Assembly (NCBI GenBank): GCA_028534125.1
Contig: CM052817.1
Span: forward strand, 63,366,001-63,430,000
DNA from: Lama glama
Lineage: Eukaryota
Length of the DNA: 64,000 nt
Direction of reading: 5' to 3'
Shown here: positions 1-12,621 of the stretch, one piece after another
How the letters are laid out: each line of letters opens with the position of its first letter
Position numbering within the stretch: the stretch's first letter is position 1
Program-made: the position numbers and the translations under genes
The notes under the pieces: model-generated
Databases searched by the model: none
What the model was told of the DNA's origin: nothing
What the model saw: the letters and a program-made list of their open reading frames with translations, nothing else

Positions 1-400
1 GTCTGGGCATGTGAGCCAGGACAAAGAGGGTATTCCATTTTCCAGATCATGGTGATTGGTTCAAGGATGGGTAGATGACCTGGATTTAAAGGAGGCTTTA
101 TTATGGAAATTACTGAGAAAGAAGCACTATCTCATTGGGGTCACTTGGCTGGTAGAATATGATCTTGGAGATGCTGTTGGCAATCTGTGTCACTTCATAT
201 GAAAAATAAAATCACACACATAAAAACAGAGACAGGAGATGATGAACCATAGCTTTTCTGCAGTCATTATTTGAGCAGGTGGATTCAGTGTGTCTGAAGC
301 TAGATAGGCCTCTACCTTTCCTGTGTGTGTTTCTTTGGTGTGTTTCTGTTATTTACAATAACAGATTCTGTAGTTGCCATTTCATGGCATGTGGGTTACC
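1..400 (+). mobile_element. Degenerate MaLR (MLT1-type) LTR fragment
   Basis: MLT1-like motifs 'GGTGATTGGTTCAAGGATGGG...ATGACC' and 'GGATTCAGTGTGTCTGAAGCTAG'; recognised by eye, boundaries approximate. Confidence 0.55.
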
Positions 401-621
401 TTACATTTTAAGCTCCTGTGCTTTTCCTTCCCCATTTTCTGGACTTACCAGCCTCAGGTAAAATTGATGACCCTGTACCCAACTTATGATCTAGTTGTTG
501 GATCCTCCAAAAGAAAAAATAAATGTCTGCCATGGCTGTAATTTTATCACAGCCTTAACCTCCTCAGTATATTCAGAATAATGTAAAAACTTCATGATTT
601 AACTCCAACCTTAATTCAGAT

Positions 622-1106
622 TGTTACCAACCTGTGTTCTTGGACTCTTTAATCAATAGAAATTGATAAGAGGCCAGAGGAAGAATCCAGGCAAGTGTTT
701 GTTGGGATTTGTGCTTCAACATGAGGGAGCAAGAACAAGTAAGGGGTACCTTTTGCTCTCTATCCGAGGGGAGGATGATCTGGTTCTTTAAATGGGATGA
801 GGGTGAGGGTGGATTGGCATATCAGGCTGGAGGGGTGGCTTAGGAGGTGGGCCCACCTCCTTGGTGGTGCTGTGTGCAGGGGTCAAGCATGGTACCCTGC
901 TTTTGCTCCAGGCACCTCAGAAGTGGCAATTGGGTTTTGGCCTTTTTGTGTCTTGTTTTTCATAATTTGTCCCCAGCTGCTCATGCATGCAGTTATTTTT
1001 AGTCTCTTGTAGTTTCTTTGTATTCTGTTGCTCAAAGAGGAAGACATTTGTCTAGGTGCAAGCACTACAATAAGGAGCCCCAGGTCCCAGATTCCATCCT
1101 GTCTCA
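622..1106 (-). mobile_element. ERV1-type solo LTR (~485 bp)
   Basis: TG...CA termini (TGTTACC...GTCTCA), GC-richer than flanks, near-perfect 4-bp TSD AGAT/ATAT; strand is inferred. Confidence 0.7.
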
Positions 1107-1109
1107 ATA

Positions 1110-1500
1110 TCACTACTCTCGTTGCTCAAATACCCTCCAGCCACCTGGAATTTTTTCACAGGCTCTTCCTTCATCTAAGTTGATTGTTACTATTTTTAAT
1201 GAATTATTCATTCTACCTAAAAGTCAAAACCTCTTTTTCTCCAGATGAATAACTCCTAGTCACTCTTCAGACTGCAGCTTAAATGCCATTTTAAGCAAAA
1301 ACTTCTATAACTACATCCCCTAAAGTTCTTCCTGTTACTGTATGTCATTGCATCCTGTTCTTTTCCTTCATTGCATTTTTCACAGATTTCAACTGTGGAT
1401 TTATCCTTGTTTGTTTAATGTCATTCTCAGACAACTAAAACTATATGTGTTTTTTTGAATCTAGCAACAGGTACTCAAAAATGGTATGTTGAACAAATTA
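1110..1500 (+). mobile_element. L2 LINE 3' fragment
   Basis: Pyrimidine-rich L2-like text ending 'CTAGCAACAGGTACTCAAAAATGGTATGTTGAAC'. Confidence 0.5.
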
Positions 1501-2904
1501 GAGAAGTTTGGTTTTTGTTTTTGTTTCTTTGATAAGGGTAGCCTTGTACAATTTAAATAAAAGGAAAGAAGAAAATTATATTTAAATTAGCTTTCAAACA
1601 AAAATAACAAATTACTATTGAGTTTTACTATTTTCTGGCAAGTTAGCCTAAGGCTGGTTAACATACCACTAAACTTTAACCACAGCATGCTAATTCATAT
1701 ATTTTAGCTCTAGCAACATTGTTGGAGATGACAATAGTCCATTCAGTTATGTAGATCAAAATTTTACTGTGAGTATGCATATGGTTAATGTTCTGTTGTT
1801 TTGACTATTGTACATCTACACATTCATCCCAAGATTATTCACACTTGCTTTGGATAATAACCAAGATGACCTGTATTGATGCAGCCTAGAGTTGGCAAGA
1901 GAACCAGCTTATTGTTCCTTCCTCTCTCTCTCAAAGAGATAGTACAAATATACTCTGTCAAAGTCGTCCACTTTAAAATAAAATGATCTCATTCTGGTAT
2001 ACTTTCTTTGTTTTCTGTCCTCTAACTTTTGCTCAGTTATTTACATTCAGTCATTTGCATATTTAAATCAGTTGTAAGTTGATAGAAGACTAGAATCACA
2101 AGTAACAAATTTCTTTTAAAATAATTAAAATATTTTTCAATAATTAAAAAAATACTTTGAAGTAAAATTATACATGGAAAAAAACAGAAAACAAAACAAA
2201 AAAACACAAAACAAGTTCAATTGATTTTTAGTGTCTACGAAGGGTCTAGAATCTCACCTTACTTGCTTCCAAGACAGGAATCCAAGGCAAATTGAAATTT
2301 TTCAATACATATTTTATATTTATTATTTGTACCATAAAGGATTTTATTTTACTATTTTAATATTACTTCTGTATTCCACTTACATAGAATGCAGATTAGT
2401 TTTTTCCATATTAAGTTTATTCCCAAGTATTAATAGGTTTTGTATGCTCGTCTAGAAACAGTTTTCTATAGGAAGATACATTCCAAATATCAAGCCATTA
2501 ATTAATTAGCAATTAATTACTTAGTCTTTTGTATGGCAAACTTTTTTACTTGAGAATTTGGGGGTAGTTATGGGTAAATAATCTAATCTAATTATAAATA
2601 ACCATAAAGGAGTTTAAGATGGATCCAAGGATTAAGGACACATAGTCAATTATTAAGGAAAAAGATTTAAATAACACCAACATTGTGAGGTGTTAATTTA
2701 TCAACCATGTTCATTTAACTTTTAGGCAAGTATTTAGTACAATACTGAAGAAGACATGAAAGAATAGGCATGAATGTATTTTTCCTGACTGCAATAAGAA
2801 AGCTCTTAATGTATTACCAGAAGATAAGATTTTGCAGTAGTTTTCTGAAAGGTGCTCAGAAAAAAAGCAAACTTTTTTTCAGTAATGGGTATTAAAATGC
2901 AAAA

Positions 2905-3245
2905 CATGATATTGGGTATCTGTCAATATGATGATATAATTTTATTTCCTTTTTAATCTTGTTAATGTAGTAAATTACATTAATAGATTTCCTGACATCA
3001 ACTAATCTTTAAAGACTGCTTTATGAGGTGTTTTTCCTTTGACACAGTGTTAGGTTGTATTTGCTATTACGTTATTTTGAATCTTGCATCTTTGCTCATA
3101 TGTGAAAATGTTCTGCTTTTTTCTGCATTAGTTTTGTTGCTTTGGTATCATGGTTTTTGCTCAACTTATAAAATTAGTTGAAAGATCTGGAATTTTTAAA
3201 TAAGAATCATAGCTTCCTTGAAGAGTTGGTGAAATTTATAGTTTT
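2905..3245 (-). mobile_element. Ancient L1 (L1ME-like) ORF2 fragment
   Basis: Antisense L1 text 'TTGTTAATGTAGTAAATTACATTAATAGATTTCCTG...CTTGCATCTTTGCTCATATGTGA'. Confidence 0.55.
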
Positions 3246-6200
3246 TATGTTGCATTTAATTGTTTTTTAACTTGTATTTCTCCCAATCTTACCTGTAAGT
3301 TCCTTCAGCTTAGATAACAGGTTCTGAACCCCTGTACATTTAATACTTAACATAGACTTTGCCACAAAACAGATATTCTGTGAATTTATGTTCAATGAAT
3401 TAACAAAGTGATGCAGTTGGAGAATTCTTTGGATCAAGCACAAATAACAAAAGGGAAAGCTTTCTTTAAACTATTCTCTAAATTCTATGTAAATTTTATC
3501 CTAAATAATAAACGATCCCTCCACTTTAAAAAAAATCAACATATAGGAAAGATTTCTCTTATAACAGTATTGTTAGCTGAATGCAATTTCTTCAACTCCT
3601 ATGGAATTTTTTTGTTTCTGTTTCAGCTATTGTCATGTTTACCGTTCCTATTCTGCAAAATAATTCTGTGTGATTTAGAGAGAAGAGAAGCCTTGTCTAT
3701 TCAAACAACAAGTTAGCCCACCATACCCTACTGGCAGTCAACTCATGTTAACTCAAGTTCAGTCATCATAGAAAGGCAGCAAAGTCACTAGCCTGCTGAA
3801 AGCAATGAAGACTAGTGGAACTTTATAGTGTTTCATGCCAAAGACTTAACAGAAGGAGGTTATAATGTACCATATAAACAGTAGTGTTTTGTTCAAAGAT
3901 CGATTTCTATGGCTTCCTGAACCACACTTGACTTTCATTCATTCTCACAAGTCCTGAATGTCACAGAATATTCAGGTCTTGAACTTACAGCCATACAGTA
4001 AACAGTAAAATGTTAATTTTGTCTTTTAAGAAATGATAGAGTTTAAGAGGAAACATTAAGATAGAGAAGACAACAAAATGTTGCACATTTGAAAAGGTGT
4101 AAAATGTTTTCAAAAACCTGGAAATTTATACCTGTGTTCTGCTTTTTCAAAAACAAAGGAACTGAAAAATAATGGGACTGTAATGAATGTACATGTATTT
4201 GTTACTCATGTTTTGGAAATGAACCCTCAATGTTTTTTTTTTCTTCTATTATTGACAACTGAGATTTTTAGCATGCTCTTAAAAATAAAAACATGAGAAA
4301 AGTACTTAATATTCAAAACATCTCCTTACTATATTCTACTATGCATTTTTATTCTCTCTTCTAAATGTTCTGAGCTTTTCCTCCTTATAGACTGCTTAAG
4401 CTCTTTCATAGAATAGACTGTCTCCTTTATCTTTATATCCTTTAATATGCCTGGCATAATGTCACTTACAAAGTAAAACATTCTATAAATATATTTAAAC
4501 TTTCTTTTTAAAGATTATCAAAAATATACCAATGTAAAACAATGACATTAAGAGACAAATTAAATGGAAAGTTTAAAGCATTTACTAGAACCTAACAAAC
4601 CATATAGGAAACATAATTGACTGTGCAAACTTGAGGTAATATATTACTCTCCCTATAATGTAAATGTTCTTCATAGGCTTGGTCATGCAAGGCCAAATAT
4701 CTCATTTGTCATTATCCAACACTTTTTCTTCAAGAATTTAAATGTTCCCACAGATTTTTTTCCCCCTAAGTCAGAAGTTCTTGCAATTGGAATTACTGGT
4801 TAGAAAACTCATAGTTCAAAGTTTAGGTTTGCATAGTTCTGCTAAATGTAGGAATTTTTCATGCTATGCTTAACTGAAAAAAAAAATCCTTGAGAAAAAA
4901 GTATAAATTACATTGGAATACCAGGCAGATTTTAGACAAATGGACGCAGATGGAAGTTTCAGAACTTTACAAAACCTTAAACAGACATTTTTCTCCCAAT
5001 CTTTTCTTTGTTGTTTAAAAGCCATTGTAGAAAGATTGAAGCCAAGGGAATTATTCACATATATACTTAGTAATATTGAAATATTAGGCTGACAGTCTTT
5101 CTCGTTGTATTTTTTCACATTATAAAGTGCCCCAAGCATTGTAGTAATTTCCTCCCTTGGAATATATAAATTGCCCTATATAAACTCTGACTATTGTTGC
5201 TGAGTTGGGCTTTAAGATTTTTCTCTTGGGACATTATAATAAGCTAAGCACCCATATTTGTCTTAAAATTCATTGTCTAATCACATAAGCCTCCAATATG
5301 ACAAATCCCATTATTTTATGGCTCTTTTGTCTAACTTTAACAAAAAGTTTTAAATACCATTTTAGCTTCTTTCTGTATCGAAGTAAATAATTGTTTCAGG
5401 AAGACACAATCCTTTTAGGTAAAATTATCGTGCCAAATGGTATGAGCCATGTTTCCGTAAATTTTTTTTAAATTCTCTGTAGCTTATTTCCAGGGTTGTG
5501 TCAGTTAATTTATTCAATGAGTATGTGTTACATGTCGGGGTAGGGATTGGCAATAAACCAAGTGGTGAAAAACTAATTGGGTGTTGAAAGAACTAAGAGA
5601 CAAATGTTTTGTTGAGGAAGGTAAGAGTAGGTAGAAGACATTTACGTAGATCAGAGGCCCAGGATATACATTACTACTCAGGATATCCAGTTATTCATTA
5701 CTCTATCCTACCAGCAGGAACATACTGAGGGAGCCTTGAAAATCAAGAGTAGCAAAGTGTCCACTATTACAGTTATACTGGTTGTCCACAAAGATGTACT
5801 CTTACAAACAAGGAGGGATTGAATTAGTTTGCCTATAATTTATTCAGTGATAAAGTGTAGAGAAAATTCACTAAAAAGTAAAAGGAATAGGAATAGCTTG
5901 CAGAATTGAAAATGCTGGTTCAAGTGTTTCAATTTATATTCCTCTGTGGATCTGTAGTAATGGCATTCTGTAGAAAATGCCTTAGCTTTCCAAAGTCAGA
6001 CACTTAAAACTGGATTTACAATTACATATTTGTTTTCTGAGCTCCTGGATAAGTGTCATGAAGGCAGAAACAGAACTTGCCATGTTTATTTCTTCCCAGA
6101 AACCAGAGTACCCAGATTCAGAAAGGGCTCAAAAAGTACTTGTTGAATAAATAGGTACATTAAAATCGAGCCTAAGAGTTGCATCATTTCTCTGTTTGGA

Positions 6201-7819
6201 TTAAGAAAAAAGAGAAAGAAAATGTTGACATAAATTGAAAATTAACTTTTTAAAAACTGCTTTTTAGTTAGCAAGCTAAATTTCCAGCTGGATTAAAGCT
6301 AAGTAGTAAAACCAACTTGTGAAAAGTAGGTTTAGTAATGCAAATATATGCAGCACCATTGTGTGAATAGCATCATTAGGATCTTTTCCCTTTTTCCTTA
6401 CTCACATTTAGGAAACTATCAAATTACATTCTGGCAGGCACAGGATAATGGGAAAAAGGGGTAGCCAAAGAACATGGCATTCATTACTGATTTGAACAGT
6501 ATGGTAAAATCTCATACTCGTTAATAAGTCCCAGAGTAGCAAATGTCCTAATATTGAAAATGAAGCATTAGTTGTAAAGCAATATCATGCTAGAGAGCTT
6601 TGTTAAAATGAGATTTTAAAAATCTTTAAATAGCTGATATTTAAACAAATAACAGTATTATAATTGGAAGATACTTAATTCAGTTATGTATGTCCTCTCC
6701 AGACTAATGAATTAGTTTTTGAGAGAGAACTATAGTACATTTGGACGATAAAATTAAATTAATTAACTCAGTGTCACAGTACACAGAGATTTCAAACACA
6801 AAAAGCACAGTGTTACCTGAACATGAGCCAGAAACTCGGTTTTCCAGACGTAGACCTAGATGATAGCTGTAATTCATGTCATTTTATGACATTTCATGGA
6901 ACATTTGGCCATTATGACATTTATGATGCAATGAAATAGGCCATAAAGTGCTGTAAATTGTTGGGAACAAAAGACATTCATATTTGTGATAGTATTTTAG
7001 TTTCAATCAAGATGTTAGTAGGTTAAATCAAAACTTAACTTAGAGTTGAATGTTATAGTTTGTTTCTTTTTCCTTCTTCCCTCCCCAAATCCTCTCTATC
7101 ATTCTTTCCTCTTTATCATTCCCTCTCTCTCTCCTTTCTTTCCATTAAATCAAATGAGTAGTACAGAAGGACTGTAAGTTTAGAAAAATTCTTTTTTCAT
7201 ATTTTCTATTTTAGTATTTCTGGAGAGTGAAATAACCTATAAATGTTAGTCTATATGAATGAGAATAGCAAATCTAGAAATTGCAAAATATATGATTGTC
7301 AGTTCATTTGTATATATCTCCTGCTTGGGGAACATGTGGAACATGCACAATTTCTGATAGTAAGTGATGACTGTGTATTCTGGTTAACATTATTTCCTGA
7401 AAACCTTTTTAGCACCTACTGTAAGATTTTTAAAATATCAGAATTTACCTTGTTATATTATGCATGAAATGAATACAGATTGGTTTTCAAGAAATAGATT
7501 TAAAATGCATATACTTTCTTTTTAGTAAGAGAAAGACGAACGTGTGCCAGAGAACATTTCACTAACAAAGCTTGCGTATTGTTTTAGATCTTGTTATTTA
7601 TTCTTTAGGTTAGTATTTAGATAGTCACCAGAGTATGACTCTAATATTAAAGTTTGATGTATTCCAAAAACATAATTAGCCACAATGCTCAATGAAATAT
7701 ATTAGTATAAGTATGCAGCTGAAATAGTATATGAAAGCAAATAAGAGTATGGCTATTATTACCAAGAATACAACATTGCAAACTTGTAATTTTGTGGTTG
7801 GTCCACAAATAAAAGTTTA

Positions 7820-8470
7820 ATTCCCTCATCAAATTTCTTTTCTGCTTACTTTGGATTTAATGTTTTCTTTTTCTAGTTTCCTAATGTGAAAATTTAGATC
7901 ACTGAGTTTAGACCTTTCTTCTTTTTAAATATATGAATGCAATATTATAAATTTCTCTCTAAGGACTACTTTTCACAGCATATCTCAAATTTTGAAAAGT
8001 TTTATTTTCATTTTCACTTATTTCAAAATATTTTTAAATTTCTCTTTAGAATGCATCTTTGACCCATGTATTATTTAGAAGTTCAATCCTCACATATTTT
8101 GGAATTTTCTAGTTATTTTTCTGTTATTGATTTCTAGTTTTACTTTATTGTGGTCTGAGAGTAATACATTATATGGTTTCTATTCTTTTAAATTTATGAA
8201 GACGTGTTTTGTGGCCCAGAATATGGAATTTGGGTGAATGCTCTATGTGAGCTTGAGAAAAATGTGTATGTATTCTGCGATTTTTAGTTGAAGTAGTTTG
8301 GAGATGTTAATAATATCCAATCGATGGTGCAGTTGAGTTCAGTTATGTCCTTACTGGTTTTGCCCATTTGTTTCTGTAGAGATAACAGTGTTTCTTTTTC
8401 CATCTGGCTCTCTTGAGATTTTTTTCTTTATCTTTGATTTTCAGTAGTTGAAGAATATATGCCCAGTTGT
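7820..8470 (-). mobile_element. Old L1M internal fragments (ORF2 and a short ORF1-like piece)
   Basis: Antisense L1 text 'TTTCTAGTTTTACTTTATTGTGGTCTGAGAG...GTGGCCCAGAATATGG...GAGCTTGAGAAAAATGTGTAT'. Confidence 0.75.
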
Positions 8471-8689
8471 ATCTATTTCCTATGTCCTGTTGTTTAATGA
8501 CATCGTTAATCTATCTTGAGAGTGGATATTCACAAGAATCCATTTTGTTGCTGAAATTTTTATTGGTAGAATGCCAATATCTATGAATCTGGATTATAAA
8601 ATCTTAATTAGATTTTCTGGTACCAGTAAAGTGGAAGTTGCAAGATTTTGTGGAATTATATTTTTGTTCTTTTCATTATTACTTTTCTA

Positions 8690-10205
8690 TTTATATACAG
8701 TAAAATTCACTATTATTGTATAAAGTTATATAGATCTTAATAAGTGTATGTAGTCATGTATCCAGCACAGTTATGATATACAGCAGTTCCATTACCCCAA
8801 AATTGTCTTATGTGGTCCGTTTAAAACCAATCCCTTTCCCAACCCCAAATTCCTGAAAAACACTGGTATGTTCTCATCTCTATAGTTTTGGATTTTCTAG
8901 AATGTTATATAAATAGAAACATATGTAATCTTTGGGTGTTTAACTTCTTTTACTTAGCAAAATATATTTCCATATTATTGTGTGAATCAATATTTTATTC
9001 CTTTTATTGCCAAGCAAAATTCTGTTGTATTGATATTTCAAACTTTGTTTAACCATTCAACAATTGAAATACAAATGGCTTAGTTTCCATTTTTGGTGGT
9101 TAACGGTAAAGCTGATATCCATTTAGAAACAGATTTTTGTAAGATTATGTTTTTATTTCTCTAGGCCAAATACCTAGGAGAAGGATTATTGGCTCATATG
9201 GCAAGTGTATGTTTAACTTTACAAGAAGCTACCAAACTGGTTTCCAAAGCACTTGCATCATTTTACATTCCTACCAGCAAAATATGAGAGTTCCAGTTGC
9301 TCCACATCCTCACCAGTACTTGGTATTATAAGTGGTTTTTTTTTTTTTATTTTTTCATTTTAGCGAAGTTAAGAAGTATATACCTGTACCTTGTGTGGCC
9401 TTAAGTTACATTTCCCTAATGATTAATTTTGTTGGGTATCTTTTCCTGTGCTTTAATATCACCAAAATGTCTTCTTTGGTGCAGTGTCCATTCAGATTCT
9501 TTGCTCATTTTTCATATTCGGGTTTTTTTTCACTGTTTGAGTTTTAGAAAACTTTATGTACTCTAGGTACAAGTCCTTTGTCAGAAATGTGATTTACGAA
9601 TATTTCTCCAGCTCTGTGATTGATCTCTTCATTCTCTCAATAGTTCCTTCATAGAACAAAAGGTTTTAATTTTTATGAAGTCTAATTTAGCAATTTTTCT
9701 TTCATATATCATGTTCCTGGTGTCTTATATAAGAGCTCTAGCTAACCCAAGACCGTGATTTTCAACTATCATTTCTTGTAGAACTTTTAGAGTTCAAAAT
9801 TTTATATTAATCTAACATTCACTTTGAATTAACTTCTGTGAAATGTGTGAGGTATTTATTGAGGTCCATTTTTGCATATGAATGTCCACTTATTCCAACA
9901 CCATTTATTAAAAAAAGACTATCCTTTCTCTATTAAATTGCTTGCTCCTTTGTCAAAAATTGGTCATTGAGGTGGGGAAGTAACATTGGTAATAGCTCAG
10001 TGGTAGAGCATGTGCTTAGCATGTACTGTATGAGGTCCTGGATTCAATCTCCACTACCTCTTTTTAAAAAAAATCAGTCATTTTTGAAGGATTTATTTCT
10101 GGACTGAATGTTCTGTTCTTTGATTTATGATTTTACACTTTAAACCAACAACTGTAGCTTTGTACTAAGTCTTCAAATCAGGTAATGTGAGTATTCCAAA
10201 TTTGC
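8690..10205 (-). mobile_element. Old L1M 3' end (3'UTR plus ORF2 C-terminus), interrupted by a SINE
   Basis: Typical antisense 3' L1 text, e.g. 'TTTTACATTCCTACCAGCAAAATATGAGAGTTCCAGTTGCTCCACATCCTCACCAGTACTTGGT'. Confidence 0.85.
9969..10068 (+). mobile_element. tRNA-derived SINE, resembling camelid vic-1
   Basis: Pol III A box TAGCTCAGTGG (9993-10003), B box GGATTCAATCTCC (10040-10052), short T/A tail, imperfect 14-bp TSD AAAAATTGGTCATT (9955-9968) / AAAAATCAGTCATT (10069-10082). Confidence 0.85.
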
Positions 10206-10229
10206 TCTGAAGGGGAAAGAAAATGAAAG

Positions 10230-10397
10230 ATTACTTTTAGTCATTTATGGGCCATCTCTGGAAGTATTTACATCATTGTCAAAATTCAGTCACATGTCCT
10301 CACCTACCTGCAAAGGGTGCAAGTAAATGCAGGTTAGCTCTATGGAAGGAAGGAAGAAGAAACAATTTTGGTAAACAGCCAGTCAGTTCCTGCAACA
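10230..10397 (-). mobile_element. MLT1 (J/K-like) LTR fragment
   Basis: 'TCAGTCACATGTCCTCACCTACCTGCAAAGGG...TTTTGGTAAACAGCCAG..TTCCTGCAACA'. Confidence 0.55.
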
Positions 10398-11665
10398 GAG
10401 ATCAATAAGTGTTTCATTTTTAGCAACAAAGCAGTCAGTATAAACTAATTTTGCTTCAACTGTATCTTTCCAAGCTCATCTTTTATTTTCCTTGGAAAAA
10501 ACTTTACTAAACAGTAATATTTCCCTAAGTCTTACGATTATGTTTTCTCCTACTTCTGCTTTGTTTCTACTTCTCAAAAATCCTACCAGTCACTCATAGG
10601 TTGTCTCAGATGCCACCTACTAAATGAGATATTTCTAGATTCTTAATGATATGTATGATCTCTCCTTTCTCTGAATTTTCACAATGCTTTATATTAATAG
10701 TTATGTTTATGTATTTTATTTTCTTCATAATCATTTATATACTCTTAGGACTTCTACTAGGTTTATAGTCCTTGAAGAAAATGACTGCAGCTTATAAATA
10801 TATGTTATATGCATTCCTATATTCCTAACACAAGAACTCAGTAAACATGTGTTTTACTGTTGATGGTTCAGCCAAATGGCCCTAACATTCTTAGTGAATT
10901 AAATTGAAGTCATAATCAGTCCAAAGTTCAAATGAAAGAATATCAGAATTTATATGGCATTTTTTCATTGTGAAATGCTTTTATAAGGGTCAATGTATTG
11001 CTTTCTAAATAACAATCCCACTAAAGCTGTCAGGGGTAAGAGAAAGTGGCTGGAGGACAGAAGGACAGGGAACTGATTTCTAAAAACCTAGACCTACGGT
11101 AATTCTCATGGCCACGATTCTTAAAAGATCACCAGTTTGTCATTGCTACAGGAAAGAAAGCAATTTATACCTCTATTATTTTCTATACCTTTTGTCTACC
11201 ATAGCCCAGTTACACTTTTTAAACTGAGTTGAAGTAGGATGAGGAACAAGAATAAGAGAATAAAATAAGGTGGATAACCCTGAGCCTAAGGTGATTTGAA
11301 ATATTCTTTGGCCTATGCAGGACAAATGAATGTCAGACTAATAATATAGAGAGAAGCATTTTCTATCTGCAGGTTTCTTTAATTAAATTAAAAAGTGCAA
11401 TGCCATTAGTTAATTTAGTCTACAGTATTTTAAAGGAACCACTGGGCATTCTCAGCACTTTTCTCTCTCATTTCTATTATGGACAGTCCCTCTCTAATTT
11501 GGTTTTCTCCAGGTGCCATTGTAAACTACACTTTTTATTTCTATTATAGGCAGATATTGTACTTAAACAATATTAGAAATAGCCAGTACAAGTATATCTG
11601 TGTCATCAATATTGCATTTATTCTTTTTATTTCTAATAAAAAATAGTATTTTTGTTAACATGTAC

Positions 11666-12547
11666 TGTAAGATAGTAGGGGAAAAAGTATATGTATATTA
11701 GTCTCTGCCTCTGGTTCCTGACACAGTTCTCCTGAAACTCTTATAATTTCCTAGGTGATAAAAGTGTCTGCTGTTCTAATGAGGCAACTCTGGATGGGAT
11801 CCTGGAAGAGGGTTGGTCACCAGAAAGACGAAGCCATGATTAGAAGCTCCCTACTCCACGTTCTCCTGAGAAGGGAGAAGGGGCTTGAAATGAAATTAAT
11901 GATTGATCACGCCTACATAAGGAAGCCTCCTTAAAATCCCAAAAGTATGAGTTAAGAAAGCTTCCAGTTTTGCAAACTTATAAGGTGACACACTCCAACT
12001 CCACAGGGACAGAGAAGCTCCTGCACCCAGAACCCTCCTAGACTTTACCCTATATATCTTGTCTTCTCATGTTTATCTGAATCTTTTATCATATCCTTTA
12101 ATAAACTGGTAAACTTAAATAAGTGTTTCCCTGAGTTCTGTGAGCCACTCTAGCAAGGTAATTGAACCAGAGAAGGTCAGTGGAACCTCCAATCTATAGG
12201 TGGTTTGTCAGAGTATAGGTGATATTTATATCACCTATAATCTGGGCTTGTGAATGGTATCTGAAGTGGAAGTGAGGGCAGTCTTGTGGCATTGAGCCTT
12301 AGCTGTGAAATCTGTGACTATCTCCAGGTAGATAGTGTTCAAATTAAGTTAAATTGTAGGACACTCGGCTTGTGTCATGGAGACTTGCTTGTGGTTGTGG
12401 GGGAAAACCCTACACATCTAGAGACTAGAGGTATCAGAAATGAAGTGTTTTGTGTGAATAGTAAAGAAGACACACAAGGAAGAAAAATACAGCTGCAAAG
12501 GTAACTGGGTTTTTCTCTACATAAGAAGGAAATAGGATTTTCTTTCA
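11666..12547 (+). mobile_element. MER21-like ERVL-class solo LTR (882 bp)
   Basis: TG...CA termini with perfect 5-bp TSD TGTAC (11661-11665 / 12548-12552); AATAAA near 12100; MER21-like motifs 'GGTCACCAGAAAGACGAAGCCATGATTAGAAG' and 'TTTCCCTGAGTTCTGTGAGCCACTCTAGCAA'. Confidence 0.85.
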
Positions 12548-12621
12548 TGTACACACAACATGTTGATGAATTTTTTTGTCTTCTTGTCCCAAAAGTATCA
12601 TATCTCTCTAAATATTATCAC

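Noticed and set aside
2665..2702. Imperfect hairpin GATTTAAATAACACC...GGTGTTAATTTATC
   Set aside because: Short, AT-rich and imperfect; too small for a pre-miRNA and expected by chance.
9990..10060. Possible tRNA gene
   Set aside because: Has a TSD, tail and indels that disrupt the cloverleaf; it is a SINE inserted into an L1.
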